A stretch of 64,000 bases of DNA. Source: Oscillospiraceae bacterium. GTDB taxonomy: Bacteria; Bacillota; Clostridia; UMGS1810. A model generated the notes under the pieces. The model made no database searches and was not told the DNA's origin. It saw only the letters and a program-made list of their open reading frames with translations. Shown piece by piece: positions 48,784 through 60,032 of the stretch. The DNA lies in contig SVJK01000003.1 in the NCBI GenBank assembly GCA_015069015.1, positions 6,452-70,451 on the forward strand, in the 5' to 3' direction. Position 1 is the stretch's first letter; the number at the start of each line of letters is the position of its first letter. A program made the position numbers and the translations under genes.

Positions 48784-48784
48784 T
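48744..48784 (+). repeat. Direct repeat copy 1 (41 nt; 3' end of the hisJ-like gene)
   Basis: tgatatagttttaatacaggataaatttaatttgagatgat; 38/41 identical to 50343-50383. Confidence 0.85.
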
Positions 48785-49382
48785 GTATATGTTAGGAGAA
48801 AGATTAAATCAATTAAGAAAAGCAAAAAAACTTACCCAAATTGACTTTGCTAAAATATTTGATATTGCAAACGGCACTATAGGCAACTGGAAAAGCAACG
48901 CAAGACAACCAGACTACAACACCATTTTAAAAATATCAGAATATTTTAATGTTTCTGTTGACTATTTGTTTGGAAGAGAAGAAACTCCGCAAGGAAATTT
49001 TATTCCCGTCCTCGGCTACGTCAGAGCAGGAATTCCTATAACCGCAGTAGAGGATGTACTTGATTACGAAGAGATATCTCCCGAAATGGCATCTCAAGGA
49101 GAACATTTTGCTTTAAAAATTAAAGGTGATAGTATGGAACCAAGAATTGCAGACGGAGATGTTGTTGTCAGACAACAGTCTGATGCAGACAATGGCGATG
49201 TTGCTGTTGTCCTTGTCAACGGTGACGAGGCTACCGTCAAAAAAATAAAAAAGCAAGATATCGGAATATCTCTGATACCGTTAAACCCTGCATATGATAT
49301 AATGTTTTACAATAATGAAGAAATAAAATTATTGCCTGTTCAGATTATCGGAAAAGTCGTTGAACTTCGGGCAAGGTTTTAA
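48780..49382 (+). CDS. CI/LexA-like repressor: XRE-type HTH plus S24 self-cleaving peptidase domain
   Basis: HTH LGERLNQLRKAKKLTQIDFAKIFDIANGTIGNWKS. Cleavage-site-like VRAGIP. Catalytic GDSMEP (Ser) and ATVKK (Lys). Alternative start ATG 48789. Confidence 0.85.
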   Translation: MMYMLGERLNQLRKAKKLTQIDFAKIFDIANGTIGNWKSNARQPDYNTILKISEYFNVSVDYLFGREETPQGNFIPVLGYVRAGIPITAVEDVLDYEEISPEMASQGEHFALKIKGDSMEPRIADGDVVVRQQSDADNGDVAVVLVNGDEATVKKIKKQDIGISLIPLNPAYDIMFYNNEEIKLLPVQIIGKVVELRARF

Positions 49383-49394
49383 AGGAGAATAATT

Positions 49395-50177
49395 ATGAGC
49401 ATATTTACATTGGCGGTTCAAACATCATTATTACTTTCAGTATTTCATTTTATTATGTCGTTGGCAGTTTCTATATCCAATAAAAATGTGAGCAAAAAAC
49501 GTGACCTGAAAAAAATAAAAATTTGCGTTGTTACTACATTGATATTCTTTTTAATTTCATTTGCCTGCACTTTGTTAATGACCGTAACTGAGCACTATGA
49601 TGTATTAATTTGGATAGCAGGAATAGTTATACTTATAATTAATCGATTAATAGCAAAAGATTTAGATCATAAGGCGGAAATTGACATTATTCAAAAAACC
49701 AAAGCAGAAGAAATCCGAGAATACAACCGCAAAAGAAAAGAAGATGCAGACACCACAACAGAAGAAAACATCACTCCCGGCAAAAGAAGAACAACTGCAC
49801 AAATTACACAAGCCGCTTTTGAATTTAAAGAAGAAGTGCGGAAAAAACTTGAAAAAAACAATTACAAAGCATATGAACCTATCCCTGATAACGTTTCTAT
49901 CGGCATGGATGGACTGCCATATATTAAAACAAGAGAATACGGATATGGAAAAAGGTTTAACGCTTTTATTACAAAAAACAGCGATTGTTATCACAGAAGC
50001 AAATGTTCCACAATTCGTTTTCGAAAAAAGACCGTAATGCATAGGTATACAGCCATGAAAATATACAAACCATGTGCACGCTGTAAACCAATCGATTACG
50101 TTGATAATTGGTACAAGATTTACTTAGAGCAACAAAAACAACCGAATAAAATAGGTGAAAAAAATGAAACTAACTAA
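49395..50177 (+). CDS. Hypothetical membrane protein: 3 N-terminal TM helices, K/E-rich linker, C-terminal Cys/His-ribbon domain
   Basis: 260 aa. TM segments fall within residues 1-95. Charged linker EEIREYNRKRKEDADTTTEEN.. C-terminal GLPYIKTREYGYGKRFNAFITKNSDCYHRSKC-x22-CARC. No family recognised. Confidence 0.6.
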   Translation: MSIFTLAVQTSLLLSVFHFIMSLAVSISNKNVSKKRDLKKIKICVVTTLIFFLISFACTLLMTVTEHYDVLIWIAGIVILIINRLIAKDLDHKAEIDIIQKTKAEEIREYNRKRKEDADTTTEENITPGKRRTTAQITQAAFEFKEEVRKKLEKNNYKAYEPIPDNVSIGMDGLPYIKTREYGYGKRFNAFITKNSDCYHRSKCSTIRFRKKTVMHRYTAMKIYKPCARCKPIDYVDNWYKIYLEQQKQPNKIGEKNETN

Positions 50178-50338
50178 AAGAAAAGACGTATGTATGATGC
50201 AGTAAGCGAAAACTTATCTTCAAAGAAGGATTTGAACTTAGAAAACGCCTTATCTAAGATGTTTGTAAGTTCTACAAGCTGATGACTTCTGAGCTTGATT
50301 AGAGGATCTCTGAATCTTGTCAGCGACTTTAGCTTCTC
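50177..50338 (-). mobile_element. Internal fragment of an IS110-family transposase gene (remnant; no start, both ends truncated)
   Basis: Minus-strand frame reads EKLKSLTRFRDPLIKLRSHQLVELTNILDKAFSKFKSFFEDKFSLTASYIRLFF*. This matches the IS110 pattern L..L.R.R..L......N.L...LD..FP.....F.D.FS.TA..LL as remembered. Confidence 0.55.
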
Positions 50339-50342
50339 AGTA

Positions 50343-50383
50343 TGATATAATTTTAATACAGGATAATTTTAATTTGAGGTGAT
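50343..50383 (+). repeat. Direct repeat copy 2 (41 nt)
   Basis: tgatataattttaatacaggataattttaatttgaggtgat. It would encode DIILIQDNFNLR*, against DIVLIQDKFNLR* in copy 1, and supplies the GAGGTGA RBS for the gene at 50389. Confidence 0.85.
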
Positions 50384-50388
50384 TTTAA

Positions 50389-50988
50389 ATGAGATATAAA
50401 GCCGGCAGAACAGAAGTCATAAATCCGGGTATGGATTCAAAAGAATGGGAAAAAGCACCGGAGGGAAAGATAACTTATCAGAGATGGAAAGAATTTTACC
50501 AGCCCATAAACACAACTTTTAAATTGCTGAGAGGTCCCGAAGGTATCAGCGTTCTTATGCATACTGATGAGAAAAACCTTCTATGTGAAAGATATGAAGA
50601 AAATACAGATGTTTGCTTCGACAGTTGCATGGAATTTTTCTTTAAGCCAAATCCATGGGATCCAAGATATATAAATTTTGAATTTAACCCCAAAGGTGTT
50701 ATGAATTCAAGTGTTGGTGACGGAAGACACGGCAGAGTGTTTAACACAGAAGACAGAAGCATCTTCTCTATAGAATCTGATGCAAAAGACGGCGACTGGA
50801 CACTTAAGTTTTACATATCTGATTCATTCCTGATAGAAAAAGTTGGGAAAATTGCTCCTGTATGCAAAGGAAATTTTTACAAATGCGGCGAAGAAACAGA
50901 TCATTCGCATTTTATAACCTGGTGTGAGGTTGAGGTTGAAAGTCCTGACTATCACGTTCCCGATTTTTTTGGTTTCATAGAACTTTAA
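50389..50988 (+). CDS. Carbohydrate-binding family 9-like (DOMON-like) cytoplasmic protein
   Basis: 199 aa, no signal peptide. CMEFFFKP....YINFEFNP.G and a C-terminal HVPDFFGFIEL resemble CBM9-like proteins. Confidence 0.5.
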   Translation: MRYKAGRTEVINPGMDSKEWEKAPEGKITYQRWKEFYQPINTTFKLLRGPEGISVLMHTDEKNLLCERYEENTDVCFDSCMEFFFKPNPWDPRYINFEFNPKGVMNSSVGDGRHGRVFNTEDRSIFSIESDAKDGDWTLKFYISDSFLIEKVGKIAPVCKGNFYKCGEETDHSHFITWCEVEVESPDYHVPDFFGFIEL

Positions 50989-51008
50989 GATGATAATGGA
51001 GATGTAAT

Positions 51009-51704
51009 ATGATTTTTGGTGGATTTCAAAAACTAACGCTTCTTGATTTTCCGGGGAAAGTAGCCTGCACTCTTTTTACAATCGGATGCAATTTTGCTTG
51101 TCCCTTTTGTCACAATTCTTTTCTTGTGGAACAAAACGGTCATCAAAGCATAGATGAAGAGGAAATACTGTCATATTTGAAAAAGAGACAAGGAGTGCTT
51201 GAAGGAGTGTGCATAAGTGGTGGTGAGCCTCTTTTGCACAATGAACTTGAAGATTTTATAGTTAAAGTCAAAGAACTTGGTTACAAGGTTAAACTTGATA
51301 CCAACGGAAGTTTTCCTGACAAACTAAAAAAATTAGTGAAAAAAGGTCTTGTAGACTATGTTGCCATGGATGTGAAAAACAGACTCGGAAAATACCTTGA
51401 AACTTCCGGAATTGAAAACCTTGATGTTGAGTCCGTAAAGGAAAGCATTTCATTTCTTATGACAGATTCTGTTGATTATGAATTCAGAACAACTGTGGTA
51501 AAAGGTCTTCATACGGTTTCTGACATCCTGGATCTCTCAAAGGAAATTAAGGGCGCAAAAAGGTATTATATTCAGAATTTTGTTGATTCGGGAAACATCC
51601 TCGGAAAAGGTCTTTCGCCTGTTGATGAGATAACACTTATTAAAATGAAACAAGTTGCCCTTGAAAATATATGTAATACTTATATACGCGGAACGGATAT
51701 ATAA
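51009..51704 (+). CDS. nrdG: Anaerobic ribonucleoside-triphosphate reductase activating protein (radical SAM)
   Basis: GFQKLTLLDFPGKVACTLFTIGCNFACPFCHN (CxxxCxxC) and GVCISGGEPL. Confidence 0.85.
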   Translation: MIFGGFQKLTLLDFPGKVACTLFTIGCNFACPFCHNSFLVEQNGHQSIDEEEILSYLKKRQGVLEGVCISGGEPLLHNELEDFIVKVKELGYKVKLDTNGSFPDKLKKLVKKGLVDYVAMDVKNRLGKYLETSGIENLDVESVKESISFLMTDSVDYEFRTTVVKGLHTVSDILDLSKEIKGAKRYYIQNFVDSGNILGKGLSPVDEITLIKMKQVALENICNTYIRGTDI

Positions 51705-51757
51705 AATATGAGTATGAAAAATTAATGCTTATATGTTTTCATACTCATATTTTTGCA
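51705..51757 (+). terminator. Rho-independent terminator after nrdG
   Basis: 16-bp perfect stem aatatgagtatgaaaa / ttttcatactcatatt followed by tttgcatttttt. Confidence 0.75.
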
Positions 51758-51851
51758 TTTTTTGTAATATATAATTACATTTTTTGCAATTTACTTTTTA
51801 AAAAATATAATATACTATTATACTGAAAAATTTTTTTAAATGGAGGTTTCA

Positions 51852-52876
51852 ATGAAACATACAGTAAATTTTGCACTTATAGGTTGCGGACGCGTTTCTG
51901 TCAATCATCTTGATGCAATCAAAAATGCTCCCCACGCAAATCTTGTTGCGGTTTGTGACATAGATATCAAAAAGGCTGAATCAATAGCAAAAGAAAATAA
52001 CTGCAGTTTTTATTCTGACTATATAACAATGCTTGAGTCAGAGAATATTGATGTATGTAGTATACTGACTCCGAGCGGATATCACGCACAAATCGGATGT
52101 GAAGTTGCAAAAAGGGGAGTCAATGTCCTTTGCGAAAAGCCAATTGACGTCACAAGAGAAAAAGCAGACATGTTAATCAAATGTTGCAAAGACAACAATG
52201 TTAAACTTGGTTGTATTTTTCAAAGAAGAACCTACGATGCCGCAATAAAGACAAAAGAGGCTGTTGAAAAAGGGCTTCTCGGAAAAGTTACACTTGCCGA
52301 TGCTTATCTCAAATATTACAGAGACGCTGAGTATTATGCAAGCGGAGACTGGAGAGGAACTTTGGCTCTTGACGGCGGTGCACTTATGAATCAGTCAATC
52401 CACGGTATTGATATGATAAACTGGATAATGGGCGGAATTGAATCTGTTGATGCAGATTGCCAAACATATGCATGGAATATAGAAGCAGAAGATACCGCAG
52501 TAATAAGGGTTAAATATAAAAACGGAGCCATGGGTGTTATTAAGGTACTACCACTGCATATTCGGGACTTGAAACAATATTTGCAGTTCATGGAACAGAG
52601 GGAAGTATCATTTTTGGCGATAAAGGTTTTTATATGTGGGATCTTAAAGACAAATCAATCCCTGTTCCTGAAATTACAAACTCCATGGGCGGCGTGAACT
52701 GTCAGTATAATGAAACAAATTTCGGACATATATATCTTGTTGAAGATATGGCAATGGCAATCATTGAAGACAGACCGCCAATGATAAGCGGAGAAGAAGC
52801 ACGCAAAGCAGTAGATATTATTCTCGCTTCCTGCAAATCATCTGATGAAAAAAGAGAATTAAAAGTAGAATATTAA
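51852..52876 (+). pseudogene. Gfo/Idh/MocA-family oxidoreductase with a 1-nt frameshift near 52541/52542
   Basis: ORF 51840-52697 loses family similarity after ..NGAMGVI. The frame carrying ORF 52634-52876 reads GTTTAYSGLETIFAVHGTEGSIIFGDKGFYMWDL.. from 52544. One missing base between 52541 and 52542 joins the two parts. Confidence 0.8.
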
Positions 52877-52895
52877 TGTAAGAGAGGTGATAATC

Positions 52896-53957
52896 ATGAA
52901 AAAATTAAATGTGGCTATAGTCGGTCAGGGGAGAAGCGGAAGAGACATTCACGGAAAATATTTTAAAAGTGAAGATAACAAATATTTTAATGTTGTGGCA
53001 GTTGTAGATGAACTTGAACACAGAAGAGTCCGTGCAAAAGAGGAATATGGTTGTGATGTATATGCAGATATATCGGAACTTTATGGAAGAGATGATATAG
53101 ATCTTGTTGTAAATTCCACTTTTTCACATCTTCATGCAAAGGTTGCAATTGACCTTTTGAATCATGGTTTTAATGTTGTATCCGAAAAACCCTTTGCAAA
53201 AACTTATGAAGACGGATGCGCAATGATTGATGCGGCAAAGAAAAATGGTGTTATGCTTAACATTTTCCAACAATCACGTTTCGCACCGTATTACACTAAA
53301 ATAAAAGAAATCATAGCAAGCGGAAAACTTGGAGACATAAAGCAGATTTCAATTAACTTTTCTAAATTTGCAAGACGTTGGGACTGGCAGACTCTTCAGA
53401 ATTTTTCAGGTGGTGAAGTAAGAAACACAGGACCTCATCCTCTTGATCAGGCACTTGATCTTATGAATTTTCCAAGTGACATAAATGTTTTTTCAAAACT
53501 TGACCGTGCAACAACTTTTGGTAATGCAGAAGACTATGCAAAAATTATTCTTACAGCAGCAGGAGCACCATTGGTGGATATTGAAATTACTGCCTGCAAC
53601 TGCTATGTGCCTGCAATGTATATGATTCAGGGGTCAAAAGGTTCTCTTAAAGGTAATGTTTCTCATATTGATATTAAATACTATAATCCCGAGAATGAAC
53701 CTGTAAGGGAAGTTCTTGCTGCATCAATGGAAGATGAAAACAGATTCCCCGCATACTGCACAGAAACTCTCACATTCACAGAAGAAGCATTTGATCTTGA
53801 AGGTGATGCATTTAATGTTGGTACAGCACTTTATTATAAGATGATTTACGATTATCTCACAGAAGGTAAAGAGATGGAAATAAAACCCGAAGAACAACTC
53901 CTTTTACAATTAAAAGTTATAGACCTTATTCATGCACAGAATCCTCTCAGACCGTAA
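52896..53957 (+). CDS. Gfo/Idh/MocA-family oxidoreductase
   Basis: KLNVAIVGQGRSGRDIHG Rossmann N-terminus and EKPFA motif. ATG 52896 follows a GAGAGGTGA RBS. Confidence 0.85.
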   Translation: MKKLNVAIVGQGRSGRDIHGKYFKSEDNKYFNVVAVVDELEHRRVRAKEEYGCDVYADISELYGRDDIDLVVNSTFSHLHAKVAIDLLNHGFNVVSEKPFAKTYEDGCAMIDAAKKNGVMLNIFQQSRFAPYYTKIKEIIASGKLGDIKQISINFSKFARRWDWQTLQNFSGGEVRNTGPHPLDQALDLMNFPSDINVFSKLDRATTFGNAEDYAKIILTAAGAPLVDIEITACNCYVPAMYMIQGSKGSLKGNVSHIDIKYYNPENEPVREVLAASMEDENRFPAYCTETLTFTEEAFDLEGDAFNVGTALYYKMIYDYLTEGKEMEIKPEEQLLLQLKVIDLIHAQNPLRP

Positions 53958-54040
53958 TACATATTTAATGTAGTAATTTTATCACAATATCTTCTTTTTC
54001 AAAGAATCTGATTAACCTGATTTTAATTAAAAAATATTAT

Positions 54041-54080
54041 AAAACACGGTGGTTTTAAAATAATAAAATCACCGTGTTTT
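54041..54080 (+). terminator. Rho-independent terminator
   Basis: aaaacacggtg / caccgtgtttt 11-bp stem with an 18-nt AT loop. Confidence 0.7.
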
Positions 54081-54157
54081 GTCGTAAAATGGCCAAAACA
54101 CTCATAGTACCTGCATTTTCACACAACAACAATATTTAGAAATAATTTTTTCAAAAA

Positions 54158-54173
54158 ACACAATATATTGTGT
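54158..54173. promoter_or_regulatory. NrdR box
   Basis: acacaatatattgtgt is a perfect 16-bp palindrome matching the NrdR-box consensus acaCwAtATaTwGtgt. It lies 8 nt upstream of the -35 of the nrdD promoter. Confidence 0.8.
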
Positions 54174-54181
54174 TTTGGGTA

Positions 54182-54210
54182 TTGACAACTGTTAGAATGC
54201 GTGATACAAT
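54182..54210 (+). promoter_or_regulatory. Sigma-A-type promoter for nrdD
   Basis: TTGACA (54182-54187), 17-nt spacer, TACAAT (54205-54210) preceded by TGa. Confidence 0.65.
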
Positions 54211-54246
54211 GTTAATACTTTGGTATTATTTGTTAGGAGGTTTATT

Positions 54247-57516
<3,270 letters not shown>

Positions 57517-57661
57517 CTTTATTTGTGTTTATAAAACAGAATATAGAATTGGCAAAGGAACTTTGAAAAGAGATTTTCGGGGTTTCTTTTGCTATGTAAC
57601 AATATCATCTGTTACCAAAAGAGCCATTATTTCATATAATAGCATATAAATCTGTAACGGA

Positions 57662-58675
57662 GTGATAAGTGTGAGAATTTTCAAAATCAGTGATTATAAA
57701 CTAATAAAAATAGATTTAAACAGAAATGACGAAATTATTGATTACGGAGTTAAAATGGTTGGCGCACCACTTGAATGGAGCGAAACAATGGGAGAGGGTA
57801 TAAAGGTTGGCATTATTGATACAGGAGTGTGTACATCTCATCCGGATTTGTCGGGTAGAATTGCAGATGGAGTAAATTTTACTTTGGAGGATACAGGAAC
57901 ATTTGAAGATTATAACGGTCATGGTACCCACGTTGCCGGAATTGTTGCAGCAGAGAAAAACGGAATGGGAGTTGTGGGTGTTGCTCCAAAATCCGAACTA
58001 TACATTGCAAAAGCCTTTGACAAAAGTGGTAAAACTGACTATGGTGCCATTGAAAAAAGTATTTTTTGGCTTATCGACAAAAAAGTAGATGTCATAAATA
58101 TGTCTTTTTCATCACCTAATACCTTTCCGAGATATAAAAATCTCATACATTTTGCAAATCAAAAGGGAATAACTCTTATTTGCGCTGCGGGAAATGATGG
58201 AGCAAACGGAAAGAATACAATTGGATATCCGGCAAGATTCAATGAGACCATAGCCGTATCTGCAGTAGACATAAATAAAAAGGTTGCCGATTTTTGTTCA
58301 AAAGGTAATTCCGCGGAAATATCAGCTGCCGGCATCGATATATATTCAACATTTCTTAATAACGGATATGCAATTTTAAGCGGAACATCAATGGCAACAC
58401 CCATAATTACAGGTGCAGTTGCAATATTACAGGCAAAAGGAGTGATGAGATATCACAGAAAACTAACCCCGGATGAAATAAGACTTTTACTAAACATCTA
58501 TACAGAAGATCTCAGCGGGTTAGGAAAGGATGACAGATATGGATACGGATTATTCAGCTTTGGGAGAATTGCTGCTGGTGATTATGTTGATGAGTATGAA
58601 GCTTTAAGATCAATCACTAATAGAATTGGATTAAACACAAATGTGAAGGAACTTTTGATAGCTATGCTCAGATAA
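57662..58675 (+). CDS. Subtilisin-family (S8) serine protease, intracellular (ISP-like)
   Basis: Catalytic triad motifs IIDTGV, HGTHVAG and GTSMATP. No signal peptide. Colinear with Bacillus ISP as remembered. The probable start is GTG 57671, 8 nt after ACGGAG. Confidence 0.9.
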   Translation: MISVRIFKISDYKLIKIDLNRNDEIIDYGVKMVGAPLEWSETMGEGIKVGIIDTGVCTSHPDLSGRIADGVNFTLEDTGTFEDYNGHGTHVAGIVAAEKNGMGVVGVAPKSELYIAKAFDKSGKTDYGAIEKSIFWLIDKKVDVINMSFSSPNTFPRYKNLIHFANQKGITLICAAGNDGANGKNTIGYPARFNETIAVSAVDINKKVADFCSKGNSAEISAAGIDIYSTFLNNGYAILSGTSMATPIITGAVAILQAKGVMRYHRKLTPDEIRLLLNIYTEDLSGLGKDDRYGYGLFSFGRIAAGDYVDEYEALRSITNRIGLNTNVKELLIAMLR

Positions 58676-58872
58676 AATCAAAATACAATTTATGTTTTCT
58701 TTTTATTGTTATAACGCATTTGGCGGTAACGAGGCTGCGAAAATAATCTTATTTTCGTAGTCTCAATTTAATGATTGGCATGTTTTGCCTGTACAATTAA
58801 TATTGTATCAACAAAATATAATTGAGTTAAAGCATTAACCCATTATGCGTTAGTGCAGTAAGGGTATATTGG

Positions 58873-58901
58873 TTGACTTTTAATATCGCAAATGTTAAAA
58901 T
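58873..58901 (+). promoter_or_regulatory. Sigma-A-type promoter for the sbcD-like operon
   Basis: TTGACT (58873-58878), 17-nt spacer, TAAAAT (58896-58901). Confidence 0.55.
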
Positions 58902-58931
58902 ATCAGTATATTCAATACCGGAGGAAAAAAT

Positions 58932-60032
58932 ATGGATAAAGTGTCCGTTATACACTGCGCAGATATGCATCTTGGAAAGAGCGTTTCTGCATTTGAAAGA
59001 ACAAATAACCGTATTCGTATGCTGGAGATAGAACAATCCTGTATGTCAGTAATAGAAAGTTCTGCAAACTGTAATATAGCACTTTTGTGTGGAGATATTT
59101 TTGACTCTCCCAATGTTTCGGAAAGGCTTTGCAGAATGATACTTGAGAAAATTGCATCAATGCCTGATGTGAATTTTTTCTATTCATGCGGAAATCATGA
59201 TCCATATATTGGTAACACTACAGATTTTCTTGTATGCAATTGTCCTGATAATCTTCATATTTTCGGATATGAGGACATTGAGTGTGTAACACTCGAAAAT
59301 CTGAAAACGAAAGTATATGGAAGGTCATTTGCAGAACGTTATGCAAATGAAACTCTCGTTGACAATATTTGTGATTGTGATCCTGCTTACATAAATATCA
59401 TGTGCATGCATGGTGAAATATCAGATAAAAGCATATATAATTCTTTAGATATGAGAGTTCTTGAAAAAGAGGGATTTGATTATATAGCTCTTGGTCACAT
59501 ACATGAATTTAGCGGTTTTGCCAAGCTTAACAATATGACATACGCATATCCGGGATGCGTTGAGCCGACCGGCTTTGACGAGTGCGGCGAAAAGGGATAT
59601 ATAAAAGGATTTATACAAAAGGGTGAAGCTGACCTGGAGTTTGTTTCATCATGTAGAAGAAAATATCATAATATTTCCGTGGATATATCAGATATTTATG
59701 ACTATTCATCAGTGATAAATGAAGTAAACACAATAGTTAACAAATCTGATGATATTTGGCGAATAAATCTTTGCGGCGAAAATAACATTGATTATCTTCT
59801 CAGTATCGAGCTGATTGAAAACAATATCGAAGCATTTCATGTCGAACTACATAATAACACACAAAACACTCTGAATATTGAACAAGAAGCTGAAAACTTT
59901 TCTCTTCTTGGGTTGTGTGCCAAAGAAACTATGCGACTTATGGATGAAGAGTCTGATGACGACAAAATAAAGGTATACAAAGACGCTTTTTCTGTTCTGT
60001 ACGGATTGCTTGGCAGAGGAGGAGAAAGATGA
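58932..60032 (+). CDS. SbcD/Mre11-like metallophosphoesterase (YhaO-like)
   Basis: VIHCADMHLG, CGDIFD, GNHD and ALGHIH calcineurin-like phosphoesterase motifs. Confidence 0.85.
   Translation: MDKVSVIHCADMHLGKSVSAFERTNNRIRMLEIEQSCMSVIESSANCNIALLCGDIFDSPNVSERLCRMILEKIASMPDVNFFYSCGNHDPYIGNTTDFLVCNCPDNLHIFGYEDIECVTLENLKTKVYGRSFAERYANETLVDNICDCDPAYINIMCMHGEISDKSIYNSLDMRVLEKEGFDYIALGHIHEFSGFAKLNNMTYAYPGCVEPTGFDECGEKGYIKGFIQKGEADLEFVSSCRRKYHNISVDISDIYDYSSVINEVNTIVNKSDDIWRINLCGENNIDYLLSIELIENNIEAFHVELHNNTQNTLNIEQEAENFSLLGLCAKETMRLMDEESDDDKIKVYKDAFSVLYGLLGRGGER

Noticed and set aside
49662-50042. Overlapping ORFs on both strands (49681-50037 plus, 49662-50042 minus) inside the membrane-protein gene
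   Set aside because: They arise from the A-rich region coding the K/E linker. The 49395-50177 frame has the RBS, the TM helices and the Cys-ribbon domain.
52634-52876. 80-aa ORF that could be called a separate small gene
   Set aside because: It is the C-terminal part of the frameshifted Gfo/Idh/MocA gene. Family similarity continues upstream of its ATG in the same frame back to 52544.
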